A stretch of 64,000 bases of DNA from Heterodontus francisci (taxonomy: Eukaryota): positions 31,921,790-31,985,789 of the forward strand of contig NC_090379.1 of NCBI RefSeq assembly GCF_036365525.1, written 5' to 3'. The stretch's first letter is position 1, and each line of letters begins with the position of its first letter. Below, in pieces: positions 12,281-24,370 of the stretch. The translations under genes were made by a program, and so were the position numbers. The notes below the pieces were generated by a model, which did not search any database, was not told the origin of the DNA, and saw nothing but the letters and a program-made list of their open reading frames with translations.

Positions 12281-13985
12281 TTGGGCATACCCAAGGACCT
12301 TGTATATGGTGAAGTAGCCAGGGCCAAACAACCAGTGTGGCACCCAAAGCTCCACTTCAAGAATGCTTGCAAGTGTGACATGAAGGCCCTAAATGTCAAC
12401 CATCACACCTGGGAGTCACTAGCTGGCGAAAGAGGGAAATGGCGACACATCCTACAGGCTGGTTCTTAATAGTTTTTTGTCTCTGTCTTTACAAAGGAGG
12501 GATGATGCAGACATTGCAGTAAAAGAGGCGTGTGAAATATTAGATACAATAAGCATAATGAGAGAGGAAGTACTAGAGGGTCTAACATTCTTGAAAGTGG
12601 ATAAATCATGAGGGCCAGATGGATTGCATCCCAGCTTGTTAAAGGAAGCCAGAGAGGAAACAGCAGATGTTCTGAGGATCATCTTCAAATCCTCACTAGA
12701 TACAGGGGAGGTACCAGAGGATTGGAAGTCTGCGAATGTTGTACCATTGTTTAAAAAAGGGTGCGAGGGATAGGCCAAGTAATTATAGGCCAGTCAGTCT
12801 GACCTCGGTGGTGGGTAAATTATTAGAATCTATTGTGAGAGACAGGATAAACTGCCACTTGGAAAGGCATGGATTAATCAGGGATAGTCAGCATGGCTTT
12901 GTTATAGGAAGGTCGCGTCTTACTAACATGATTGAATTTTTTGAGATAGTAACAAGGAGGATTGATAAGGGTAGTTCAGTGGATGTGGTCTACATAGATT
13001 TTAGTAAGGCATTTGACAAGGTCCCACATGGCAGACTGGTCAGAAAAATAGAAAGCCCATGGGATACAGGGGAATGTGGCAAGTTGAATCCAAAATTGGC
13101 TTCTGTTGACAGGAAACAAAGGGTAGCGGTTGACAGATGTTTTTGCAAATGGAAAGTGGTTACCAGTGGCGTTCCACAGGGCTCAGTGTTGGGTCCCTTG
13201 CTGTTTGTGGTATATATTAATGATTTGGACTTAAATGTAGGAGGCATGATTGGGAAATTTGCAGCTGACATAAAAACTGGCCGTGTAGTTGGTAGTGAAA
13301 AGGATAGCTGTAGACTCCGGAATGACATTATAATTGCATAATAATTGCTCTGGAGAGAGTACGGAGGAGATTTACAAGAATGTTGCCAGGGCTTGAAAGT
13401 AGCAGCTATGAGGAAAGATTGGATCGGCTAGGGTTGTTTTCCTTAGAACAGAGGAGGCTGAGGAGTGACTTAATTGAGGTGTACAAAATTACGAGTGGTC
13501 TGGATAGAGTAAACAGGAAGGACCTGTTTCCCCATACGGAGAGGTCAATTACCAGAATTAAGGTGATTGGTAGAAGGATTAGATAGGACATGAGGAAAAA
13601 CTTTTTCACCCACAGGGTGGTGGGTGCCTGGAATTCACTGCCTGGATTGGTGGTGGAGGCAGAAACTATCAAATCTTTTAAAAGGTACCTGGACATGCAC
13701 CTGAAGTGCTGTAACGTGCAAGGCTACGGAACAGGTGCTGAAAGGTGGGATTAGATTGGGCGGCTAGTTTTTCAGCCGGAGCAGACACGATCGTCTGAAT
13801 GGCCTCCTTCTGTGCCTAACATTTCTATGGTATGCATTACCACTACGACCAGGCACTAACGCCAAAAACAATTCACAGCATCACTTGGCAGTTTCACCTG
13901 CAGCACTTGTGGCAGAACCTGCCTCTCAAGGACTGGTGTTCACAGCCAACAGCAAAGGTGCACCAAGAGAAGACACCCCATCTAA
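12281..13985 (+). mobile_element. RTE-clade LINE 3' fragment (12281-12463 plus 13828-13985), split by a CR1 insertion
   Basis: IPKDLVYGE...PKLHFKNACKCDMK...WESLA...WR continues after the insert into FTCSTCGRTCLSRTGVHS, homologous to the C-terminus of ORF 20668-22146. Confidence 0.8.
12464..13827 (+). mobile_element. 5'-truncated CR1 (HER1-like) LINE with an internal deletion near 13335
   Basis: NYRPVSLTSVVGK, DFSKAFDKVPH, GVPQGSVLGPLLF and LGLFSLEQRRLR motifs; flanked by TGGT (12460-12463 and 13828-13831). Confidence 0.9.
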
Positions 13986-15599
13986 ATTGAGCGTTTGCTG
14001 CGTGTCCATCGTCTTTCATAGATGGAAGGTATTATATTACTTTCCCAATTCAGAATTATGGGCTCCAAGGTCAGTAATGGACAAAAAACTATGGGCTGTG
14101 AGCACAATGGTTAATGAATGCAAGAACTGTGGCAAATATTTCAATTTAAAATTGATAAAACTTCAAATGTTGCCCTATCAGCAGTATGACTTTAAATGTT
14201 GTTTCATCAGTATTAATGCGGTTTGAATTTGCTTTGTGATTTTAGTTCAAATGTAATTTTCAATTAGCAGTAAACAGTTTTAGTGCCCCACTAGACAGAT
14301 AGGATTTTGCCCATAAATCTTATCAGAAGCATACAAAGCAGATGCATGGAGAGATAAGGGAGGTAGGGAAATGGTCTATGTAGAACTGAAGAAAAAAAAT
14401 CTTAAGGGTTTATCCACAATCAAAGGTTGAAGCACTTTACCTGATGTCCCCAGTAGATTTTTGAAACGCAATTTTCTCCCTACTGAAGTCTCTGTAGGTC
14501 TGTGAAGAACTGAAGGAACGGGGAGATTGATATGATGCAACACTCCCGCCGCCCCAATTTCGCACGATGCAGTGTTGATAAGAGCTGTCGCTGAAACAGG
14601 AGAGAGAAAATATGGGAGATAGATAGATAGTGGAAGATGATATGAAATCAGAACAAGCCATAGGGCAATTTTGAAGGGCAGAGACCCAAAAGAAAGAGGA
14701 AAGAGACATAGGTAATATCAGTTTAAAGGGGAGGAAAAAACTTTTCTTAAATCCAGTGAGGAGGGCAGAAAATAGATGAGGAAAATATTATTGTTCAGTA
14801 TGCTTAATGGGGTAGAGGGAAGAGAAGTAAAAGAAAGAATCTGTATGCTTATGATAATGTTGGCAATTCCAGACAGCCCTTAAATGAATTAGTTTATTCA
14901 AAGTTTTTTTATCTGTTCTGTTGCTATGGCAAGCTACAACATGGTGGTGTAGCCAGAATTCAAAAGGGTGCCTTTACAGCATTAATACAAGGACCCCAAA
15001 TCAATGAAAGATGCATGCACTGTTGTAACTCTAATAGTGGTTTAGCAATGGCGAAAGACAATCTGGAAAACGAATTAGTGTTGCAGTGGTGATGAACTCA
15101 AATTAGGTAACTGATCTTAATTCCAGGTCTGCCTAAAATAATGGCTGCTTGCAGAAGGTGTACTTATTTGACATCCTTGTATTGCCTACTTGTTTGCACG
15201 AAGCTAGGACAATTTTATCCTGTAAATGTTTTGAGTTTGTGCATTACTTTGTTAGAAATCTGTAACTGGTAAACTCCCTTTATTTGGGCAAAATGGAACA
15301 ATGCTAGAGTCCTACATTTTAAAAATATTTTGCTGGAGTGCTTTGCAGATGACATACTTTTGATCTCTTCATTACAATGTGCGAGTATTTAAATGGTTAT
15401 TATAGTTTGGTTTTCTTGGTGTTTTGAGTGCAATTATCATATTTACAACAAACTCAAATGCTTTATATTGTAGAATCCAAACGCTGTGCAGAGGACCAAC
15501 AATCATAATTTTAAAAAGATGCAATTATCTCTTATGGCGTTTGTTACATAACTTGTATTACATTTGGTTTGACCTTAACATATTGCTACACCAACTAAA

Positions 15600-15745
15600 T
15601 AAATGGTTCTGCCGAAAAGTTATTGACCTGAAACTCAAAACACATTCACTTACACAGAGTTAAAACTGGACCCATTAACTCTGTTTCTCTCTCCACAGAT
15701 AATACCTAACCTGCTGAGTATTTCGGGCATTTTCTGTTTTTAATT
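15600..15745 (+). mobile_element. Penelope-associated short repeat, degenerate
   Basis: TTAACTCTGTTTCTCTCTCCACAGAT...CCTGCTGAGTATTT...CATTTTCTGTTTTT; same family as 55585-55750, 58485-58570, 60925-60990 and 61710-61852. Confidence 0.6.
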
Positions 15746-16123
15746 TAAAATATAACTCAGTTTGACATCCATGTTATGTACCAAGCTATAAAAGGTATAA
15801 ACAGTGTATCCTGATCAACACAGCGCATACACATATTAATTTTATGAAATAACTATAACTAAGATGGTCAATTTTTAACAAAGTTGTTATTTTGTGTTTA
15901 TGTCACCTATTGTACCTGCGAACTAACTAGTCTCTTAGATATGTGGAACCAAGCAAGGAGAGGAGTACCTGCAAAGAAAAGTAAAAATAAAATCTGCCCA
16001 AAATATTTACTTGCAACTCTCAATCTCTATAACTGTTCCAAACTCTTACTCATCGTTTTATTTACTCACTCTTGATCTAATGCTATGTTTGATGCGATTT
16101 GGCCGAGTTGCAACAGAGTCATA

Positions 16124-16899
16124 GGGCTGATTTTTACTGGCCCTCTGGCTTGGAGGTTGTGGTGGGGGGCCCGGAAAGTTCTTCTGGAAGAGGCCCGCAA
16201 CGATCCCCGACGCCGTGAAGGCCTCGCCTTATTTTACCGGCGGCGGTGAGGTGTCGGTGCAGCCCCCGACCACCCCCCTCCCCCCCCACCACCGCCACCT
16301 GGCGGTGGGGCCCTCATTTTCATATGCAAATTATAGTAAAATTAAAGAACAACAACATATCTGGCAGTGATGGCTGCCCCATGCTGATATTCCGGCCTCT
16401 GGCTGGAACTCCCACGCCTTTGGAACTCCATTTCGAGTTCCGAGGTGAGGAGTGAAATTACCAGGGCTGGGGGCAGGGGAACGGGGAAAACACTTTGTAT
16501 TGACTGTGGGGATGGTGGGAAGGGTTTGAAGGGCAAATGTTACAAGGTTGCGGGGGGGGTGGGGGGAAGAGAAGGGAAGTTCGGGTTGGGAATAAAGTTA
16601 CTTTTGGTGATAAAGGCCTGAAAGCAAACATTGGCGGGGGGTGGGAAAAGGGCCTCCAATTTTCACTTAAGTATTTTGAACACGATTCAGTCATAATATG
16701 ATTTTAAGAATTTCATCTAAGGGCTTGAAGCCCTTTAAAAATTGCACCGGCGCCAGGGATGCAACGGCCGCCCCCTCCATTTAAACGGGCCCCCGCGTGA
16801 AATATTGCGGGGGGCTCAACGATGGCGCATCCACGCAGGAAGGCCACCGCGATCGGAGAGCGCCGCTGCAATTTGCAGCGCGCTCATAAAATTCAGCCC
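16124..16899. mobile_element. Non-autonomous PIF/Harbinger-like DNA transposon (MITE)
   Basis: TIRs GGGCTGATTTTTA and TAAAATTCAGCCC (12/13 match); 3-bp direct repeat ATA on both sides (16121-16123, 16900-16902); inserted in the AGAGTCAT tail repeats of a CR1. Confidence 0.82.
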
Positions 16900-16902
16900 A
16901 TA

Positions 16903-17565
16903 GAGTCATAACTGCACAGACGGTGGTCATTCAACTCATCAAGTCCATGCCAGCTCTCTGTAGAGCAATCCAAATCAGTCCCATTCCCTGGCTCGATCCC
17001 CGTAGCTCAGGAAGTTTATTTCCCCCAAGTGCCTATTCAACTCCTTTTAAAATCATTCTTTGTCTCCACTTCCACAACCTTCATAAGCAATGAGTTCCAG
17101 GTCATAACCACTCGCTGCTTTAAAAAGTTCTTCCTCACATCCCCTCTGCATCTCCTGCCCAAATCCATGTCCTTAGTCCTTGTACAATCGGTTAATGGGA
17201 ACAGCTTTTCTTTGTCGACCCTATCAAAACCTATCAGAATCTTGTACACCTCTATCAAATCTCCCCTCAATCTCCTTTCCTCCAAGGAGAACAACCCCAG
17301 CTTTTCCAACTTAACCTGCAGCTAAAATTCCCCAACCCTGGAACCATTCTGGCAAATCTCCTCTGCACCCTTTCAAGGACCCTCACCTCCTTCCAAAAGT
17401 GTGATGACCAAAACTGGATGCAATACTCTACTTGTGCCTTAATCAGAGCTTTATAAAGGTTCAGCATAACTTCCATGCTCTTGTGCTCAATACCTCTATT
17501 TATGAAGCCGAAGATCCCATATACTTTGTTAACTACTCTCTTAATATATCCCACCACCTTCAAAG
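16903..17565 (-). mobile_element. CR1 (HER1-like) LINE 3' portion
   Basis: LGLFSLEERRLRGDLIEVYKI and FINRGIEHKSMEVMLNLYKALI peptides. Confidence 0.88.
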
Positions 17566-18371
17566 ACTGGAAGAATAAAATTTAGGGAGCATATAAAGAG
17601 AGCTTTGGAGTAATCTAGCATGGACATGAGAAGAGTGTCGATAATAAATTCGGTAAGAGTTGGAGAGAGATGGGGTAGAATTGGCTGGTGCTGAGGACGG
17701 AAATAGGCAGTAGCTAGGATCTGAAACTTGAAGCTTCACTTGGTTTCTCTGGCATTGCAATCCATCAGTCTCACACTAAGCAGGCAGCTAGGGACTAAGC
17801 TTTTGGTGAAAACTGAACAGGATGACTGATGTTCAGTTGAAGGATATTGCTGCTCATTCAAGACTTGATGCCAGCTGTACAGTAACACAACAGAGGTGTG
17901 GTGAAGGAGTTCAAGATGGTGGCAGAGAGGAAATCTGAATATTGTCAGCATGTATTTGAAGGCTGATCCCATGCATTTGAATGACATTACCAAAGGGCAG
18001 CATGTAGATGAGGAAAAGCAGACCAAGGATGAAGCTTTGGGACATAAGTAAGATGATAGAGCAGAGGCAAGAGATCTGCTGGCATCATTGGGACAGGCAG
18101 GAATCGACCTGACAAGGGCAGCGGTATACGGGAGGAGCGCTAGTGGAGGAGAATTGAGTTGACATCTGCAAAGATGTCAAGAAAGGCTAGGAAGAACGAT
18201 GCACCATGGTCATAACCACAAAGGATGTCACTGATAACTTTGAAAAAGACAACCTCCACACTTTGGGGAAATGGAGCTGAGTGGCAACAGCGTATTCAAG
18301 GGCTGAAGGTAGTGAGACTGGGTGGGAGCTGGATCAGATGGAAAATCAACTAAGGGCTTTTAAGGAGGAGT
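17566..18371 (-). mobile_element. Old L2 LINE remnant
   Basis: Similar to 1900-2870; degenerate minus-strand RT segment around 17940-18040. Confidence 0.6.
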
Positions 18372-18381
18372 GAATACAATA

Positions 18382-21300
18382 CACTCCCCCTCGCCCCCAC
18401 CTCCTCCCACCGGCATCCACCTATCCCTGAGCAGGGGCCCTAACAACCCCACTGCCTTGCGGGCGTCTCGGGAGAGACCAAGGCTAAGGTAGTAGGCCCT
18501 AACAGAAAATCCGGAGCGGAACCCCGAAGGCGATCATTTGTCACCTTTGGCATGTTTCCGGCAGTTCCTGTAGCCATACTGGTGCCAAATGTCGTGCTCT
18601 GCACTCCTTTGGACCCCACCAGGAAGGCCGAGAGGGGGCTTTTGACGCTTGGGCAACTCACAACCTCCATACATCCGCCCAGGCATGCGCCATGGAAAGG
18701 TCACTCCATATTCGCCTCACAGCGACCAAAACAACATGGAAGGCAGCAGTTACGGGTTATAAGTCCAGCTAAATTGGCGTAGAGATTGGGCACCATGGGT
18801 TGCCTTTGTCAGTGGGAGAGGTCATTGCATCTCACTGGACAGCTACCGCCCGCCTCAAACCGTGCAGCCCCCGGTCAGTAAGGTTCTGTCCCGCCACAGT
18901 CCATCTGCTTCAATGGGTGCTTGGAGCTCAGGGTCACTGCCCAACAAGTGGACTGTAACACCGCACCAAACAGCACGACAAAAAAAGGAAAGAAGGTACC
19001 AGCCCTTCATTTTGCAAGCTGGAACGTCAGAACTATGTGTCCTGGCCTGTCGGAAGACCTTACACAAATCAACGATTCTCAGAAGACCGCCAACATTAAC
19101 AACGAGCTCAGTAGACTCAATGTAGACATTGTAGCACTTCAGGAGACACGCCTCCCTGCGAGCGGATCTCTAAGAGAGCAAGACTACACCTTCTTCTGGC
19201 AGGTAGGGATCCTGAAGAACCAAGACAGCATGGAGTGGGCTTCGCCATCAGAAACTCTTTGCTCAGCATGATAGAGCCACCCTCAAATGGCTCGGAACGC
19301 AGACTGTCCACCCGACTGTTCACCAACTCAGCATCTATGCTGCAACACTCTGCTCCCCACCTGAAGCTAAAGACAAGTTCTATGAGGAACTCCATAATAT
19401 CATTAATAGCGTCCCCAATACCGAACACCTGTTCCTGCTGGGGGACTTTAATGCCAGGGTTGGAGCCGACCATGACTCATGGCACTCCTGCCTTGGGCGC
19501 TATGGCACTGGAAAGATGAATGAGAATGGACAGAGACTGCTTGAGTTGTGTACCTATCATAACCTCTGCATCACCAACTCATTCTTTCACACTAAACCCG
19601 GTCACCAGGTTTCTTGGAGGCACCCAAGATCACGTCGTTGGCACCAACTGGACCTCATCGTCACAAGGCAAGCCACTTTAAACAGCGTTCAAATCACACG
19701 CAGCTTCCACAGTGCGGACTGCGACACCGACCACTCCCTGGTGTGCAGCAAGGTTAGACTCAAACCAAAGAAGCTGCATCACTCCAAGCAGAAGGGCCAC
19801 CCGCGCATCAACACTAGCAGAATTTCTCATCCACAGCTGTTACATAAGCTTCTAAATTAATTTGAAAAAGCCCTTCAAACACTCCTACAAGGGATGCAGA
19901 GACCAAGTGGGCCCACACCAGAGATGCATGTATGACTCAGCAATGACCACCTATGGCAAACGTGTGAAGCGGAATGCAGACTGGTTTCAATCTCACTTTG
20001 AAGAGCTGGAACCTGTCATAGCCGCTAAGCGCATTGTACTGCTGAACTACAAGAAAGCCCCCAGCGAGTTAACATCCGTAGCACTTAAAGCAGCCAGAAA
20101 CAGTGCACAAAGAGCCAGGCGCTGTGCAAATGACTACTGGCAACACCTAAGCAGTCATATTCAGTTGGCCTCTGACACTGGAAACATCAGAGGAATGTAT
20201 GATGGCATTAAGAGAGCTTTTGGGCCAACCATCAAGAAGATCGCCCCCCCCCTCAAATCTAAATCAAGGGACACAATCACTGACCAACGTAAGCAAATGG
20301 ACCACTGGGTGCAGCACTACCTAGAACTGTACTCCAGGGAAAATGTTGTCACTGAGACTGCCCTCAATGCAGCCCAGCCTCTACCAGTCATGGATGAGCT
20401 GGACGTACAGCCAACAAAATCGGAACTCAGTGATGCCATTGATTCTCTAGCCAGCGGAAAAGCCCCTGGGAAGAACAGCATTATCCCTGAAATAATCAAG
20501 AGTGCCAAACCTGCTATACTTTCAGCACTGTACAAACTGCTTTGCTTGTGCTGGGACGAGGGAGCAGTACCACAGGACATGCGCAATGCCAATATCATCA
20601 CCATCTATAAGAACAAGGGTGACCGCAGTGACTGCAACAACTACCGTGGATCTCCCTGCTCAACATAGTGGGGAAAGTCTTCGCTCAAGTCACTTTAAAC
20701 AGGCTCCAGAAGCTGGCTGAACGTGTCTACCCTGAGGCACAGTGTGGCTTTCGAGCAGAGAGATCCACCATTGACATGCTGTTCTCCCTTCGCCAGCTAC
20801 AGGAGAAATGCCGTGAACAACAGATGCTCCTCTACTTGGCTTTCACTGATCTCACCAAAGCCTTTGACCTCGTCAGCAGACGTGGTCTCTTCAGACTACT
20901 AGAAAAGATCGGATGTCCACCAAAGCTACTAAGTATCATCACCTCATTCCATGACAATATGAAAGGCACAATTCAGCATAGCAGCGCCTCATCAGACCCC
21001 TTTCCTATCCTGAGTGGCATGAAACAGGGTTGTGTTCTCGCACCTACACTGTTTGGGATCTTCTTCTCCCTGCTGCTCTCACATGCGTTCAAGCCTTCAG
21101 AAGAAGGAATTTTCCTCCACACAAGATCAGGTGGCAGGTTGGTCAACCTTGCCCATCTAAGAGAGAAGACCAAAGTACAGAAAGTCCTCATCAGGGAATT
21201 CCTCTTTGCTGACGATGCTGCATTAACATCTCACACTGAAGAGTGTCTGCAGAGACTCATCGACAGGATTGTGGCTGCCTGCAACGAATTTGGCCTAACT

Positions 21301-22197
21301 ATCAGCCTCAAGAAAACAAACATCATGGGACAGGACGTCAGAAATGCTCCATCCATCAACATCGGCAACCACGCTCTGGAAGTGGTTCAAGAGTTCACCT
21401 ACCTCGGCTCAACTATCACCAGTAACCTGTCTCTCGATGCAGAAATCAACAAGTGCATAGGAAAGGTTTTCACTGCTATGTCCAGACTGGCCAAGAGAGT
21501 GTGGGAAAATGTCGCACTGACAAGGAACACAAAAGTCCGAGTGTATCAAGCCCGTGTCCTCAGTACCTTGCTCTACGGCAGCGAGGCCTGGACAACATAT
21601 GTCAGCCAAGAGCGACATCTCAATTCATTCCATCTTCGCTGCCTCTGGAGAATCCTTGGCATCAGATGGCAGGACCGTATCTCCAACACAGAAGTCCTCG
21701 AGGTGGCCAACATCCCCAACATATACACCCTACTGAGCCAGCGGCGCTTGAGATGGCTTGGCCATGTGAGCCGCATGGAAGATGGCAGGATGCCCAAGGA
21801 CACATTGTGCAGGGAGCTCGTCACTGGTATCAGAACCCCCATCTGTCCATGTCTCCGCTTTAAAGACGTCTGCAAATGCGACATGAAGTCCTGTGACATT
21901 GATCACAAGTCGTGGGAGTCAGTTGCCAGCGATTGCCAGAGCTGGCGGGCAGCCATAAAGGCGGGGCTAAAGCGTGGCGAGTCGAAGAGACTTAGCTGTT
22001 GGCAGGAAAAAAGACAGCGGCGCAAGGGGAGAGCCAACTGTGTAACAGCCCCGACAACCAATTTTATATGTAGCACCTGTGGAAGAGTCTGTCACTCTAG
22101 AATTGGACTTTATAGCCACTCCAGGCGCTGCTTCACCAACCACTGACCACCTCCAGGTGCTTACCCATTGTCTCTCGAGACAAGGAGGCCAAAGAGA
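18382..22197 (+). mobile_element. Full-length RTE-clade LINE (about 3.8 kb); single EN-RT ORF broken by frameshifts and stops
   Basis: APE motifs ASWNVRTM, DIVALQETRL, GVGFAI, DTDHSLV; RT motifs QCGFR, DLTKAFD, KQGCVLAPTLF, LFADDAAL, YLGS; C-terminal CxxC...H motif; 10-bp TSD GAATACAATA at 18372-18381 and 22198-22207. Confidence 0.93.
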
Positions 22198-22510
22198 GAA
22201 TACAATAGTCTTGCATCTCACAGAGGGACTTTTAAAAACTCTTTCAGTTGTCACAGTTGTTCATCAGTATTTTTTAAAGGGAGTAACTAAATTAATTTAA
22301 AGGTAAGTCATGGCAGGAGAGTTGAGCCCCGTGATATGCTCTTCCTGCACTATGTGGGAAATCAGGGATGCTTCCAGTGTCCCTGACAACCATATGTGCA
22401 GGAAGTGCATCCATCTGCAGCTACTGACTACCCGCATAACGGAGCTACAGCTGCAGGTGGATTCACTGTGGAGCATCCGTGATGCTGAGGACGTCGTGGA
22501 TAGCACATTT

Positions 22511-22569
22511 ACACCGCAGGTCACACCGCAGGTCACACCGCAGGTCACACCGCAGGTCACACCGCAGGT
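22511..22569 (+). repeat. 12-bp tandem repeat (ACACCGCAGGTC), about 5 copies, in frame within CR1 ORF1
   Basis: Read directly; encodes TPQV repeats. Confidence 0.95.
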
Positions 22570-24012
22570 AATGGCAGCACAGGCAGAAAAGGGATGGGTG
22601 ACCACCAAGCGTAGTAGTAGACGCAGACAGGTAGTACAGGAGTCCCCTGTGGCCATCCCCCTCTCAAACAGATATACCGCTTTGGATACTGTTCGGGGGG
22701 GGAATGACTTCCCAGGGGAAAGCAGCAACAGCCAGGTCCATGGCACCAAGGATGGCTCTGCTGCACAGCAGGGGGAAGAAAGGCGTGGAAGAGCTATAGT
22801 GATAGGGGATTCTATCGTAAGGGGTACAGACAGGCGTTTCTGTGGACTACAGGATGCTATGTTGCCTCCCTGGTGCTAGGGTCATGTCGCGGAGCGGCTG
22901 CAGGACATTCTGAAAGGGGGAGGGTGAGCAGCCAGAGGTCGTGGTACACATTGGTACCAACGACATAGGTAAAAAAGCGATGAGGTCCTGCAACAAGAAT
23001 TTAGGGAGCTAGGTAGCAGATTAAAAAGCAGGACCTCTAAGGTTGTAATCACTGGATTACTCCCGGTGCCAAGTGCTAGTGAGTTTAGAAATAGGAGGAT
23101 AGAGCAGATGAATGCGTGGCTGAGGAGATGGTGCAGGAGGGAAGGCTTTAGTTTCCTGGATCACTGGGTCTGTTTCTGGCAAAGGTGGGACCTGTACAAG
23201 TTGGACGGGTTGCACCTGAACCGGAATGGGACAAGCATCCTTGCTGGGAGATTTGCTAGTTCTGTTGGGTGGAGGGGGGGGCGGTGGTTAAACTAATTTG
23301 GCAGGGGGATAGGATACAGAGTGGAGGTACAGTAGGGGGTAATATAGAACAGAAAGTGAGTCAGCCTGGAAGGCAGAGCAAATATAGACCTGGTAAGGCA
23401 CAAGGGAAAAATGCAAGGTTGGATTGCATCTATTTCAATGCAAGCTGTCTTACTAATAAGGCAGATAAATTGAGGGCACTGATTAGCACATGGGATTAGG
23501 ATATTATTGCTATCACAGAGACATGGTTGACAGAGGGACAGGACAGGCAGCTCAATATTCCAGAGTATAGAATCTTCAGGCGCAACAGGGGAGGGGATAA
23601 AACAGGAGGTGGCATTGCACTGTTGATCAAGCAGTCAATTACTGCAGTAAGGAGGGATGACATCTTCGAAGGTTCCTCAAATGAGGCCATTTGAGTAGAA
23701 CTTAAAAACAAAAAGGGGGCAATCACTTGGCTGGGTGCCTGTTTGGAGGCCTGTAGTAGTCAGGAAGAGATAGAGGAGCAGATATGTAGGCAAATCTGTG
23801 AGAGGTGTGAAAATAATAGGGTAATAATAGTAGGGGATTTCAACTTCCCCAATATTAAGTGGGATAGTCTTACTGCAAAAGGCTTAAAGGAGGCGGAATT
23901 CTTAAAATGCATACAGGGGAGCTTTTTGAGCCAGTATGTAGAAAGTGCTACAAAGGGAAGGGGCAGTACTGGACCTAATCCTAGGGAATCAAACCAGTCA
24001 AGTGGTAGAACT

Positions 24013-24370
24013 GAGCGGCACAGTGGCGCAGTGGTTAGCACCGCAGCCTCACAGCTCCAGCGACCCGGGTTCAATTCTGGGTACTGCCTGTGCGGAATTT
24101 GCAAGTTCTCCCTGTGACTGCGTGAGTTTTCACCGGGTGCTCCGGTTTCCTCCCACAGCCAAAGACTTGCAGGTTGATAGGTAAATTGGCCATTATAAAT
24201 TGCCCCTAGTATAGGTAGGTGATAGGGAAATATAGGGAAGGTGGGGATGTGGTAGGAAAATGGGATTAGTATAGGATTAGTATAAAGGGGTAGTTGATGG
24301 TCGGCACAGACTCGGTGGGCAGAAGGGCCTGTTTCAGTGCTGTATCTCTAAATAAAAATAAATAAATAAA
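24013..24370 (+). mobile_element. HE1-type V-SINE inserted in CR1 ORF2
   Basis: tRNA-like head GCGGCACAGTGGCGCAGTGGTTAGC...GGTTCAATTC; V-domain GGGTGCTCCGGTTTCCTCCCAC; CR1-like tail and (AAAT)n. The flanks rejoin as VVEVTVGEHF. Confidence 0.92.

Noticed and set aside
14441-14590. NLP...PTET similarity to human PPP4R4 exon 3 in the phase-1 frame
   Set aside because: Spacing, length and phase do not fit, while neighbouring exons are highly conserved; not called as exon 3.
24013-24090. tRNA-like sequence (also at about 50200-50272 and 590-675)
   Set aside because: These are SINE heads running straight into SINE bodies, not tRNA genes.
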